Positions 41,323 to 52,300 of a DNA stretch of 54,460 nucleotides are shown here, piece by piece. The DNA lies in assembly GCA_000434435.1 (NCBI GenBank), contig FR895563.1:1-54460 (forward strand), in the 5' to 3' direction. Source of the DNA: Firmicutes bacterium CAG:475. Its GTDB lineage: Bacteria; Bacillota; Clostridia; Christensenellales; CAG-917. The stretch's first letter is position 1. Every line of letters begins with the position of its first letter. A program made the translations under genes and the position numbers. The notes under the pieces were generated by a model, which was not told where the DNA came from, did not search any database, and saw only the letters and a program-made list of their open reading frames with translations.

Positions 41323-43899
41323 ATGAAAAACGCAAAGAAAATCACGACAATCGTTCTCATTGCGGCTATGGTTTTGCTCACGACGACTATGCTTGCGGCA
41401 TGCAACGAAACCGGGCAGAGTTACGATCCCGAAACACGTCCTTTCGCAATGAGTATTTCAACTCCGGACGGCGTTTTCAACCCATTTTTCTCAACGTCGG
41501 CATACGACTCTTCAATCGTCGGTATGACTCAAATCGGAATGCTCAGCACAGATTCCAAGGGCAACATCACCTACGGTGACAACGAGCCGACCGTGACGAA
41601 AGACTATATCGTCAAAGAAACCGAAGAGGGCGGAAAGAAATACACCACTTACGAATTTCTTATCAAAAACGGTATCAAATTCTCCGACGGACACGACCTT
41701 ACGATCAAAGACGTTTTGTTCAACCTCTACGTCTATCTCGATCCGTCCTACACGGGTTCCGCAACCGTTTATTCAACGGATATCGTCGGACTTAAAAACT
41801 ATCGTCAACAACAATTCGTAACAAGCGATTCCACGGCATTCGAAGAGCAATTCGTTTCTGACGCAAACGTGCGTATCGACGAGCTTATCGAATATGTAAC
41901 CTTCAAATACACCGGCACGAAAGAGGACGAACGCCCCTCCGATCGTTGGACGGACGAAGAGAAGGCTCAATTCGAAAAAGATTTCAAGTACGTTGCGGAA
42001 ACTTTCCAAAAAGAGCTCACGACGGACTGGAACAGCGTTGACATCGAAACCTACAAGAAAGACAACGATTTCACTGATGCATGGCAAGTGTTTATGCTCA
42101 ACGACGGCGGCATGAACGAACTTTTGCTCGAAGATCCCGTAAATCCCGGTCGCAAGTATAAAGACGCAAACGGCAACTATAAGCTCGACAAAGCGGCTGC
42201 GGACGAGTTCTACAACGATTCCATTTTGCCCTACGTCGAAGCAAGCAGTTTGAGCAGAGAAGACGCAATCAGAGAATACTGCATCAGCAGCGTTTTCACC
42301 GCATACTTCAAGACCACCGCAGACGGACAACTCGACATCACCAAGACGTCGGCATCCAACTTTGAAACCATCGTCAAATATTGGCAAACCGCATCTACGG
42401 TGCTCGACCAATTCACTGCGGAAGCAAAGAGCGACTATTTCAAAGGCAGTACGAAGGTTGTGCCCAACATCGAAGGTATCACCACTCACAAAGTGACCAA
42501 CTTCAACAGCAAGGACCTCGGCGCAGAGCACGACGTGCTTTCTATCAAGATCAACGACGTCGACCCCAAGGCAATCTACAACTTCTCGTTTACGGTTGCT
42601 CCCATGCACTATTATTCGGGCACGTGGCGTGGCAAAGATTACGTTGCGGCATTCAACGGAACGACGGAATTCGGCCTTGAATTCGGTGAAATCCAATTCA
42701 TGAACGAAGTTATCAACGCATCCAACAAAGTCGGTCTCCCCGTCGGCGCAGGCACGTACAAAGCGTCCAACGCAAGCGGCAGCGGCGAAGTGACGAGCGA
42801 CACGTTCTTCAACAACAACATGGTCTACTACGAGCGCAATCCGTATTTCGAAACTCTCGGCAGCGGAATCAGCAACGCAAAGATCAAATACGTGCGTTAC
42901 AAAGTCGTCGAAAGCGACCAAATCATCAACGCGTTGACCAACGGCGATATCGACTTCGGTGAGCCCAGCGCAACGCAACCCAACATTCAAGCTGTCAACA
43001 ATGCAGGTCTCGGACACGTCGAAATCGCAACGAGCGGTTACGGCTACGTCGGGCTAAACCCGAGATTCGTTCCGAACATCAACGTGAGAAGAGCAATCAT
43101 CAAGGCGATGAACACCTCGCTTATCACGCAAAACTATTATCAAGGCGGCCTTGCGGAAATCATCTATCGTCCTATGTCCAAGACGAACTGGGCATACCCA
43201 AAGGACGCGACGATCTATAAACAAGACGACGTCACCTATGCTTACGACAGCACGGGACAAGAAATCAAACAACTCGTCGAAGATGCGGGTTACGTGTTCA
43301 ACGGCACCTGCTACGAAAAGAACATCGACGGATTCGGCGTGGATACGCTCAACTACAAGCTCACAATCGCAGGCGGCTCGACGGATCACCCCGCATACTC
43401 CATGTTCCTCAACGCTGCAAGAATCCTCAACAGCGTCGGATTCGACGTCAAAGTCGTGACTTCGCAAACCGCACTCAGCGATTTGTCGGCAGGTAAACTT
43501 GCAATTTGGGCGGCAGCGTGGTCTTCCACAATCGACCCCGATATGTACCAAGTCTACCACATGGATTCGCAAGCAAGTTCCACAAGCAACTGGGGCTACA
43601 AGCAAATCAAAGCAGGCAAGAACACCGAGGCTTACGCTGAAGAGTATCGAATCATCACCGAGCTTTCCGACCTCATCGACCAAGGTCGTTCCACAACCAA
43701 CCAAAACGAAAGAAAGGGCATCTATGCTCAAGCTCTCGACAAGGTTATGGAATTTGCAGTCGAAATGCCGACTTATCAAAGAAACGATATGTCCGCATAC
43801 AACAAGAACGTGCTTGACGAAGGCACGATGACTCCCGCAAGCGAACGCTCTCCGTACAACGGATTGATTTCCAGAATTTGGGAATTGAATTACAGATAA
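41323..43899 (+). CDS. ABC transporter substrate-binding lipoprotein, family 5 (Opp/Dpp/Nik type), unusually long (858 aa)
   Basis: TAAGGAG precedes the ATG and the lipobox is LAAC-N. The family-5 core (...FNPFF..S.YD..IVGMTQIGML..., IKFSDGHDLTIKDVLFNL) is interrupted by long extra segments. Confidence 0.88.
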   Translation: MKNAKKITTIVLIAAMVLLTTTMLAACNETGQSYDPETRPFAMSISTPDGVFNPFFSTSAYDSSIVGMTQIGMLSTDSKGNITYGDNEPTVTKDYIVKETEEGGKKYTTYEFLIKNGIKFSDGHDLTIKDVLFNLYVYLDPSYTGSATVYSTDIVGLKNYRQQQFVTSDSTAFEEQFVSDANVRIDELIEYVTFKYTGTKEDERPSDRWTDEEKAQFEKDFKYVAETFQKELTTDWNSVDIETYKKDNDFTDAWQVFMLNDGGMNELLLEDPVNPGRKYKDANGNYKLDKAAADEFYNDSILPYVEASSLSREDAIREYCISSVFTAYFKTTADGQLDITKTSASNFETIVKYWQTASTVLDQFTAEAKSDYFKGSTKVVPNIEGITTHKVTNFNSKDLGAEHDVLSIKINDVDPKAIYNFSFTVAPMHYYSGTWRGKDYVAAFNGTTEFGLEFGEIQFMNEVINASNKVGLPVGAGTYKASNASGSGEVTSDTFFNNNMVYYERNPYFETLGSGISNAKIKYVRYKVVESDQIINALTNGDIDFGEPSATQPNIQAVNNAGLGHVEIATSGYGYVGLNPRFVPNINVRRAIIKAMNTSLITQNYYQGGLAEIIYRPMSKTNWAYPKDATIYKQDDVTYAYDSTGQEIKQLVEDAGYVFNGTCYEKNIDGFGVDTLNYKLTIAGGSTDHPAYSMFLNAARILNSVGFDVKVVTSQTALSDLSAGKLAIWAAAWSSTIDPDMYQVYHMDSQASSTSNWGYKQIKAGKNTEAYAEEYRIITELSDLIDQGRSTTNQNERKGIYAQALDKVMEFAVEMPTYQRNDMSAYNKNVLDEGTMTPASERSPYNGLISRIWELNYR

Positions 43900-43950
43900 A
43901 ATCTGAAAACGCGCCTTGCGGCGCAACGAACAAACTCAACTAAACCGATA

Positions 43951-43976
43951 CCGTCGGGTGTGAAAACGCCCGACGG
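43951..43976 (+). other. Intercistronic stem-loop between the binding-protein and permease genes
   Basis: A 10-bp stem, CCGTCGGGTG (43951-43960) / CGCCCGACGG (43967-43976), includes one G-U pair. No U-tract follows. This is the position where SBP/permease stoichiometry hairpins typically occur. Confidence 0.5.
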
Positions 43977-43997
43977 AAAGACAGGAAAATAGTTTTT

Positions 43998-45464
43998 ATG
44001 GATACGTTAAAATACATAGTCAAAAGACTGCTTCTGTCGGTGGTGATTCTATTTGGTGTGTCTATCATTATTTACTCGCTCGCGCGTATGATGCCGACGG
44101 ACTACGTTGACAATCAATACTCGTCTGCGGTGCAACAGGGCACTATGAAACAGGAGGACGTCGACCGAATCAAAGAACTGTACGGTCTTGCCATGCCGGA
44201 TGCGTATTTGCATCTCACGATTGGCGAAAACAGTCAGTTTGCCGGCGAAACGTTCACCAAAAACACGAAAGAAGTCACTTACGACGAAGATATATCCCTC
44301 GGCATCAAGAGCTACAACTCCTGGTACGAAGGCTCTTTTGACGGAAGCAAAAATACCCGCGTTATAATCACTGCGGACACCGACGCCGACGGAAAATATC
44401 TCAACACCGGCACGTTCAGTATCTGCAAGGTTACAAGCCGTGGCGCAAAAGCCGACGAAACGACGAAAGAAGGCGACGAAACCGCCGACGATTCCATGAT
44501 TACGCTTGACGAAATCATCACCCCCGTCGAAAAAGGAACTTACGTCGTCAACGAAACAGAAGGTATGGACACTCGTACAATCCGCAACATGACGTTTACT
44601 CTTTCAAACGGTAGCGTCGTGACGGTGAATATGTCCTACAAAGTCGCAACGGGCGGAGATAAGTTCGTTGCAATCATCAAAGGTTATTTCAACTGGTTGG
44701 GCAACCTCCTCAAAGGCGATTTGGGCATGTCCTTCAAGTATAAGAGACCGGTTTCGGACGTCATCGTTCAAAATATGGGCATTTCGTTTGCAATTGCGTT
44801 TATCGCAACGATTTTGCAATTTGCAATCGCAATTCCGCTCGGCATCAAGGCGGCGACGCACCAATATGGATTTATCGACTATTCCGTCACCGTTTTGGCA
44901 ATGATGGGCATAAGTCTTCCCACGTTCTTCCTTGCGGCTCTTGCAATCCGCTTGTTTGCGGTGCAACTGGGCTGGTTCGAAGTGGGCGGCATAGCGTCTG
45001 CGTCTTTGCCTATGGACGCGTCGTGGATAGTGCGACTCGGAGATACGCTGTGGCATATGGTTTTGCCTATGGCGGTTCTCGTCATTCTTTCCATCGGTTC
45101 GCTTATGCGTTATACGCGTACCAACACCTTGGAAGCTCTCAATGCGGACTACGTTCGCACGGCAAGAGCAAAAGGTCTCAGTGAAAGAAAAGTCGTTTAC
45201 AAACACGTATTCAGAAACACCATGATTCCTCTCGTCACCATGATGGCAGGAATTTTGCCGAGCCTGTTCGGCGGCGCAATGATCACGGAAACCGTGTTCA
45301 GTATTCCCGGTATCGGTAAACTAGCATACGACGCTCTCGTCGTCGCGGATATACCGTTTATCATGGGCTACAACATGTTTATAGCGATACTGACTGTTGT
45401 GGGTACGTTGTTCAGCGATTTGATGTACGCAATAGTCGACCCGCGTGTCAAGATAGGAAAGTAG
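43998..45464 (+). CDS. ABC transporter permease (OppB/DppB type) with a roughly 190-aa extracytoplasmic insertion after TM1
   Basis: TM1 is LLLSVVILFGVSIIIYSL. A long hydrophilic insert (about 44115-44700) is followed by the canonical OppB core, which includes the EAA-like region (YVRTARAKGLSERKVVYKHVFRN). Confidence 0.9.
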   Translation: MDTLKYIVKRLLLSVVILFGVSIIIYSLARMMPTDYVDNQYSSAVQQGTMKQEDVDRIKELYGLAMPDAYLHLTIGENSQFAGETFTKNTKEVTYDEDISLGIKSYNSWYEGSFDGSKNTRVIITADTDADGKYLNTGTFSICKVTSRGAKADETTKEGDETADDSMITLDEIITPVEKGTYVVNETEGMDTRTIRNMTFTLSNGSVVTVNMSYKVATGGDKFVAIIKGYFNWLGNLLKGDLGMSFKYKRPVSDVIVQNMGISFAIAFIATILQFAIAIPLGIKAATHQYGFIDYSVTVLAMMGISLPTFFLAALAIRLFAVQLGWFEVGGIASASLPMDASWIVRLGDTLWHMVLPMAVLVILSIGSLMRYTRTNTLEALNADYVRTARAKGLSERKVVYKHVFRNTMIPLVTMMAGILPSLFGGAMITETVFSIPGIGKLAYDALVVADIPFIMGYNMFIAILTVVGTLFSDLMYAIVDPRVKIGK

Positions 45465-45472
45465 GGGGGGGG
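45464..45472 (+). repeat. Poly-G tract (G9) forming the SD-like region of the second permease gene
   Basis: The sequence reads TAGGGGGGGGGTAAGTATG. The first G is the last base of the TAG stop at 45462-45464, and the ATG is at 45478. Confidence 0.9.
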
Positions 45473-45477
45473 TAAGT

Positions 45478-46665
45478 ATGGACGAAATCAAAGACGAAAT
45501 AATCGTCGGCAATCCGACGGAAACCCTGCTTGACGAACAAAACGACGTTGTCAACAACATCGGCACGGACGCCGACGTTTGCGATATAGAAAACGACGTC
45601 GAAAAAGCGCAGGAAGTCAACAAAGAAAACGAAGAAAACGTAGAAACCGCACAAAGCGACGAAGAGGAGGAAAGCGTCGAGGAGAGAACGTCGAGAACCC
45701 TCAGCCCCGGCAGAATCGTCCTCAAACGCTTCTTCAGATCCAAGTTGTCCATAACGGGACTTGTGATGCTTATCGTGCTGTTTGTGTTTTCTTTCATAGG
45801 CCCGCTCTTTTCCAATCTCCCGTTCATTTGGGGCGAAAGAGAAGCGGACGACAGCAAAAAGGTCAAAGAAACGTATTATACCGAAGTATCTGCGCCAGAT
45901 TTCGGCGAAGATACCGTGTATATCGTCACTTATTCCGAACCGACCAACTATCTCAAACCCTCCAAAGACCACTTGCTCGGCACGGACGACAAGGGATTCG
46001 ATGTGTTCTCGCGTCTTATGTACGGCGGCAGAGTGTCGCTTACGGTGGGCTTTGTCGTTATCATTCTCGAAACGATAATCGGCGTGTTCCTCGGCGGTTT
46101 GGCAGGCTATTTCGGAAAGTGGGTTGACCAAATCATTATGCGTATAGTGGATATCTTCAACTGCGTGCCTACAATGCCTATGCTTATGATCGTGGGCGTC
46201 GCGCTCGACGCGCAAGACGTCACCGGTCCTGCAAAGCTATATATACTGATGGCGATGATGACGCTGTTCGGTTGGGCAGGCACGGCAAGACTCGTAAGGG
46301 GACAGATTTTGTCTTTGAGAGAGCAAGACTTTATGTTGAGCGCAGAGGCAAGCGGTCTTCCGGCAAGCAGAAAGATATTCAAGCACCTTATTCCCAACGT
46401 TATGCCGCAACTCATCGTTTCGATGACGCTCGGCCTTGGCGGTATCATACTTACGGAAGCGACGCTCGGCTATCTTGGCATCGGTCTTCCGGCGGAATAC
46501 GCAACGTGGGGCAACATGATAAACGCAGCCGCAAACAACACTGCGCTCCGTTTGTATCCGAATTTGTGGATTTCACCCGGTATTTGCATAGTACTTGCAG
46601 TGCTTGCGTTCAACTTCGTCGGCGACGGTTTGCGCGACGCGTTCGACCCGAAGGCAAGGAGATAA
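45478..46665 (+). CDS. ABC transporter permease (OppC/DppC type) with a roughly 75-aa acidic N-terminal extension
   Basis: The N-terminal part is Asp/Glu-rich (…SDEEEESVEE…). The canonical OppC core follows (HLLGTDDKGFDVFSRLMYGGRVSL, MLSAEASGLPASRKIFKHLIPN). Confidence 0.9.
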   Translation: MDEIKDEIIVGNPTETLLDEQNDVVNNIGTDADVCDIENDVEKAQEVNKENEENVETAQSDEEEESVEERTSRTLSPGRIVLKRFFRSKLSITGLVMLIVLFVFSFIGPLFSNLPFIWGEREADDSKKVKETYYTEVSAPDFGEDTVYIVTYSEPTNYLKPSKDHLLGTDDKGFDVFSRLMYGGRVSLTVGFVVIILETIIGVFLGGLAGYFGKWVDQIIMRIVDIFNCVPTMPMLMIVGVALDAQDVTGPAKLYILMAMMTLFGWAGTARLVRGQILSLREQDFMLSAEASGLPASRKIFKHLIPNVMPQLIVSMTLGLGGIILTEATLGYLGIGLPAEYATWGNMINAAANNTALRLYPNLWISPGICIVLAVLAFNFVGDGLRDAFDPKARR

Positions 46666-46669
46666 TGTT

Positions 46670-47977
46670 ATGTTTGAAAAGAAAGAAAAAACTACGGATA
46701 AGAACAAGCATTATATAACCGCCAAAGAGTCCCGCAATATCGCAAAGCAAAACCTTCGCACGATAAAGCAACTCAAAAAGAAAAGAGCGGCTTATACCAA
46801 AGACGACTACATCACCGAAATGAAAGACGACAGAAACGTCGTCGAATTCGATGATTTGCACACCTACTTCTTCACGGACAACGGCGTCGTGAAGGCGGTC
46901 AACGGCGTGTCCTTCGACATTCCGCAAGGCTCGACCGTGGGCGTCGTGGGTGAATCGGGTTGCGGAAAATCCGTCACCAGCCTTTCGCTCATGCAACTTG
47001 TTCAAGGACCCATGGGACAAATCGTGGACGGTAGCATTCGTTTCCGCTCGACGCAAAGAAAAGTCGTCGGTACGGAAGAAATCACCGAACCGGTGCTCGA
47101 CGAAAACGGCAATCAGATGCTCGACGAAAACGGCGAACCGATGGTCAAACCCTCGCTTGACAAGCACGGTAAAGTGCGCCACAGAAAGATTTTTGAGGAA
47201 AGCGAAGTCGTCTACGATATTGCAAAAACGCCTATCTCCGAAATGTCGAAAATCAGGGGCAGAGAAATCGCAATGATTTTCCAAGAGCCGATGACGTCGC
47301 TCAACCCCGTTTTCACGATAGGAAACCAACTTGACGAAGTCACCCTTCTTCACGTTGATGGTGCGGACAAGCAAACCGCAAAAGAAAAGAGCATAGAAAT
47401 GCTCAAACTCGTCGGCATAGCGATGCCCGAACATGTTTACAAGTCCTATCCACACGAATTGTCGGGCGGTATGCGTCAAAGAGTTATGATTGCAATGGCT
47501 CTTTGCTGCAATCCAAAACTCATCATCGCAGACGAGCCTACAACCGCTCTTGACGTCACCATTCAGGCGCAAATTCTAGACCTTTTGCGCGACGTCAAAA
47601 ACAAGATAAGCGGCTCGATTATGCTCATAACGCACGACTTGGGCGTCATTGCCGAAATGGTCGACTACGTGGTGGTCATGTACGCGGGCAGAGTCGTGGA
47701 AAAGGGTACGGTGCAAGAGATTTTCAAAAATCCGCTCCATCCTTACACGATCGGCCTCCAAAAGAGCAAGCCCGTCGTCGGAAAAGAAGTAGACAGACTT
47801 TACAGTATTCCCGGCAACGTGCCCAATCCTATCAATATGTTGCAAACGTGCTACTTTAAGGATCGCTGCAATATGAAATGCGACGCTTGCAAAGGCGAAT
47901 ATCCGCCTATGATTCAAGTTTCGCCCACGCACTTCGTGGCGTGCTATCGTTGCATGGACAAAGGAGAAATCGTATGA
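46670..47977 (+). CDS. ABC transporter ATP-binding protein (OppD/DppD type) with N-terminal extension and internal insertion
   Basis: The start is moved to the ATG at 46670, 8 nt after AGGAG. It has Walker A GESGCGKS, signature LSGGMRQR and Walker B IIADEPTTALD. A roughly 55-aa insert (about 47040-47215) lies between Walker A and the Q-loop region. The C-terminal motif is Cys-rich (CYFKDRCNMKCDACK...C..C). Confidence 0.92.
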   Translation: MFEKKEKTTDKNKHYITAKESRNIAKQNLRTIKQLKKKRAAYTKDDYITEMKDDRNVVEFDDLHTYFFTDNGVVKAVNGVSFDIPQGSTVGVVGESGCGKSVTSLSLMQLVQGPMGQIVDGSIRFRSTQRKVVGTEEITEPVLDENGNQMLDENGEPMVKPSLDKHGKVRHRKIFEESEVVYDIAKTPISEMSKIRGREIAMIFQEPMTSLNPVFTIGNQLDEVTLLHVDGADKQTAKEKSIEMLKLVGIAMPEHVYKSYPHELSGGMRQRVMIAMALCCNPKLIIADEPTTALDVTIQAQILDLLRDVKNKISGSIMLITHDLGVIAEMVDYVVVMYAGRVVEKGTVQEIFKNPLHPYTIGLQKSKPVVGKEVDRLYSIPGNVPNPINMLQTCYFKDRCNMKCDACKGEYPPMIQVSPTHFVACYRCMDKGEIV

Positions 47978-49224
47978 CGAATGAAAATATAAGCGTTCAA
48001 AACGACGTTGAAACGATTGAAATTGCAACGACGGATATCGACGTAAAAGAAGAAATCGTTGATACCGAAGTCACGACGAACGTAGAAAACGAGCAAAAGG
48101 CGCAAGACGACGATTATCTTCTTGTCGTCAACGACCTTAAAGAGTACTTTCCTATATCCAAGAGCCTTATAAAGAGCAACACCGTGTACCTCAAAGCGGT
48201 GGACGGCGTTTCTCTCAAACTCAAGGCGGGACACACAATCGGTATAGTGGGCGAATCGGGCTGCGGAAAAACGACTCTCGGCAGAACCATTCTCCGCTTG
48301 TACGAACCGACGGGCGGCGAAGTCATATTCGAAGGCAAGCACATCGAAAAACTCAAAGGCAACGCTTTGAGAAAGATGCGTCCGAACTTCCAAATGATCT
48401 TCCAAGATCCGTATTCGTCGCTTTCTCCGCGTATGACCGTCGGCGAAATTGTGGGCGAAGCGGTGAAGGTGCACCATATAGTACCAAAAGAACAATATAA
48501 GGATTATATCGTCGACATAATGACGAAGTGCGGATTGCAACCGCATTATTTCGACAGATATCCGCACGAATTTTCGGGCGGACAAAGACAACGTATCTGC
48601 ATTGCAAAAGCGCTTGCGCTCAAACCGAAACTCGTCATCTGCGACGAACCGGTTTCTGCTCTCGACGTTTCGATACAGGCGCAAATCATCAACTTGTTCA
48701 AGGATTTGCAAGAGAGCGACAACCTCGCGTACTTGTTTATCTCACACGATTTGTCGGTGGTCGAACACATCTCCGACGAGGTGGGCGTCATGTACCTTGG
48801 CAATATGGTGGAATACGGCTCGAAGCGCGACTTGTTCGACAATCCGCTTCACCCGTACACAAAGGCGTTGTTCTCGGCAGTGCCCGTGCCCGATCCCGAC
48901 AGCAAAATCAACAGGATCGTGCTCCAAGGCGACATTCCGTCACCCGCGAATCCGCCAAAGGGTTGCAAATTCCACACTCGTTGTTCGGATTGCATGAGTG
49001 CATGCAAACTGTTCCAACCCAAGTTTACCGATCTCGGCGGCGGTCACTACGTGGCGTGCCATAAGTACGACCAAAAAGTGCTTGACGAGATGCCGTTCTA
49101 CGATGAACTTTGCAAGCTTGAGGACGCACGCAATGCCGAACTCGACGAGATGAAGGCGCAAAAACAACAAAAGAAAGAGGATGTCGCAAACAAAATCAAA
49201 GATTTGCTTAAAATCAAAAAGTAA
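47974..49224 (+). CDS. ABC transporter ATP-binding protein (OppF/DppF type) with acidic N-terminal and Lys/Glu-rich C-terminal extensions
   Basis: The start is moved to the ATG at 47974 (ATGA overlap with the previous stop). It has Walker A GESGCGKT, signature FSGGQRQR and Walker B VICDEPVSALD. The C-terminal Cys motif is GCKFHTRCSDCMSAC. Confidence 0.92.
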   Translation: MTNENISVQNDVETIEIATTDIDVKEEIVDTEVTTNVENEQKAQDDDYLLVVNDLKEYFPISKSLIKSNTVYLKAVDGVSLKLKAGHTIGIVGESGCGKTTLGRTILRLYEPTGGEVIFEGKHIEKLKGNALRKMRPNFQMIFQDPYSSLSPRMTVGEIVGEAVKVHHIVPKEQYKDYIVDIMTKCGLQPHYFDRYPHEFSGGQRQRICIAKALALKPKLVICDEPVSALDVSIQAQIINLFKDLQESDNLAYLFISHDLSVVEHISDEVGVMYLGNMVEYGSKRDLFDNPLHPYTKALFSAVPVPDPDSKINRIVLQGDIPSPANPPKGCKFHTRCSDCMSACKLFQPKFTDLGGGHYVACHKYDQKVLDEMPFYDELCKLEDARNAELDEMKAQKQQKKEDVANKIKDLLKIKK

Positions 49225-49304
49225 TTTGCGACAAAGCAGGGGAAAATAGAGTGTCGCTCAGGCGATAAGCAAGACCGGGGACGTCTTGCAAGGAGAAAAA
49301 ACAT

Positions 49305-52300
49305 ATGACAACATTGAAGAAAATCGTACCTATATTTGCATTGGCATTGTGCATAGTGCTTTGCTTTGCATTGGCTGCGTGCGACGACACACCCCCGGAA
49401 CCGGAAACGACGCAATATACGGTTACTTTCGTATATGGTGGCGATACGGCAAACGAGATAGTCAAGGTTGATGAAAACTCGCAGGTGACAAAGCCCCAAG
49501 ATCCCGAAAGAGAGGGATACGAATTTGCGGGGTGGAAACAAGAAGGTGCAAGCGTTGCCTTCGATTTCGACACGAAAATCACAAACGATATAACCCTCGT
49601 TGCGCAATGGAACGAGGTTGTGAACACCGCGCGTATAAGATGGTCGGACGACGAGGCCGTTACTTTCGTTTTTGCAGGCACGACGCCCAAGAACGTTGCG
49701 GTAGGCACACTCGTCGAATTCGGTTTGCGCGTGTCTCCCTATTACGTCGGTGAAGTCAAAGTTTACGCAGGCTCGAAAGAGTGCACGCTCGGCGCGAACG
49801 GAAAATACAGCTTCACGGTTGAAAAATCCGTTACGGTCAGCGTTGAAGGTCTTCGTTACGACGATGCAAAGATAAAGGGACTCGGCAACGCAAAAAGCCC
49901 ATATCTCATTTCAAACGCAGCACAACTTAAAGCGTTTGCCGACAGCATCAACGCAGGTGAGGATAAATACGCAAAGGCGTTTGTGGCTCTCACCGCGGAT
50001 ATCGATTTCAACGGCGAAACGATTGAACCGATCGGCGGGCAAAAGACTTATTTCCAAGGCGAATTTGACGGAAGAGGACACGTTGTATCGAATTTCAATC
50101 TCGACGGCGACGAGGGCATTGCCGGATTCTTCGGATATATTGCAACGGCAACGATCAAGAATCTTACAATTGATTCGGATATCGAAGTCGAAGCGATTAA
50201 CAAACAATATAACTACATTCTCGGTGGTATCGTTGCTTACAACATGGGCGGCGACATCGTGAACTGCAACTTCAAAGGCTCGTACACCGTAACGGCGTCT
50301 TTGCCCGACGACAATATCGTTTATCTGGGCGGAATCGTCGGATTTATGCAAGGCTACGGCACGGAATATACCGCAACCGCATCCTTCTGCTCCGTGCAAG
50401 CGGACCTTGTGTCAAACGGTCAATCTTCGCTTTATGCAATCGGCGGTATCGCGGCGGCAACGTACGGCCCGAACAATGCATCTCCGGCATACGTCAACAA
50501 CTGCTCGTTCGTCGGCAACGTCGAAGGCAGAAACAAGTACGCAGGAGGTATCGTTGGATACTTGCGTTCGGATTCGGCTGTGGCAAATTGCTACGTTGAC
50601 GGCAAAATCGAAGCGAGAAGCGGCGGCGATGCCTCTTACGCAGGCGGTATCGTGGGCGCAAGCGACAATGAAGCGGCAATTTCGTCAAGCGTTGCAATCG
50701 GCACTTTGTCCAGTTCGAAACAAATCGGCGAGGACGAAGTGAGCGACATCTCCGGCTTGATTTTCAGAAAAGGATTCAACGAAATCGACACGAGAAAGGC
50801 GGTTTTGTTCAAAGCGTATTACACGCAAGACGGCATCGTCACGGACGGCAAGACGTATTCTGCAAATTCCCTTGCGGATTTGAGCGAATTGCTCGGCTGG
50901 GTCGTTGCCGACTGGAAAGAGGAAGACGGCGCGATTTTGCCCGTATACAGCGATACGGCGACAGGCAACGTCAACGTTAAGTTCGTTTTCGGCAGAAATG
51001 TCACCAAAGAAGACTCGGACGGCAATCCGCTCACGCAAAGCGAGGACACCGTAACCATAACCGACGTCGTGCCTATCTACTACATCTACGGCGGCAGCGG
51101 AATGAACAATTTCGTCGCGGATAAAGAGGGTGCGGACGATACGAAGAACATGGTTTCTTACGGCTACTTCTTCGACGCGGCTTGCACGCAAAGAATTCCG
51201 TCCTCCTTCCTTATCACGTCGGATATAACGGTTTACGTCGGATTTGCGGACTATTCGAAGGTTGAAGGCGACTACTACGCAGTGCTTCAAACTTTGAAAA
51301 ACAACGAAATTTACAATGCGGAATTGCACCTTATCTTTGACAACAACGGCAAGATGACGATGTACTACGACGGCATTATCGCCGATTATATGTACGTTTA
51401 CAACGGAGAAAAACTCCTCGTCAAAGACGCATATTTCGCATATATCGCATATACGACGACAAGCGGTTATTCGTTGCTTGCCGACTACTATGCCGACATT
51501 GACGGCAACGTGTTGAACATTTACGACAACTTGTTCTTTACGAGTGAAAAGAACAACGTCATCGTGGCAAGAAAGCAAAACGCCGCAATGGGTACGTGGT
51601 ACACAAGCGACGGCGCAACGTACACGTTCCTTTCCGACCTTACGGGTTCGAGAACGAACGCAAACGTCACTGAAACGTTCACTTATTCTTGCAACGACAA
51701 CGTGGTTACGATTACGATAGGTTCTACAAGAATCATCGCATCCATCACCTCGGACGGAATGAGCATGAAATCTATAAGCGCGGGACTCGAACTTGAAAAG
51801 CGCGATATTTTCGCAGGCAAATGGGAGTCAAGCTTCAACAGAATCGAAACCATAACCTTTGACGGAAGGGGTGGCGTAACCTATAAAGGCACAACGTACG
51901 AATACGTTTTGGACGGTGAAAAGGCGACTTTCGGTTCAATCGAGGCAACGTTTGACGAAAACGGACTTTTGGTTGTGAAAGATGGTGAAGTGTCCACCAC
52001 TTACGGCAGAGACGGTTCGTTTATCGGAACGTGGACGGATACGCTCCACGATTATACGATAGTTCTTGACGGTATCGATAAAGACGGATACGGCACCGGC
52101 AGAGATTCCAACGGAGTCAGCTTCAATTATGTTGCAGAATACGACGAAACGGGAATGTTGATGGTCAATATGTACTATCGCACGTCGCTTTACGGAATGT
52201 TCAATATTGTAGTCGGAAAAGACGGAAGCGAAATGCTTGAGCTTGCCGGATATTATTTTGAAACAGGCATGATTATAGATGACTTTTATATGTCCTATTA

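Noticed and set aside
46663-46718. An alternative ATG at 46665 begins in the frame of track ORF 46272-46718, at the OppC/OppD junction.
   Set aside because: That frame gives only a short Lys/Arg-rich peptide ending at 46718. The ATG at 46670 opens the 435-aa ATPase frame with intact Walker motifs.
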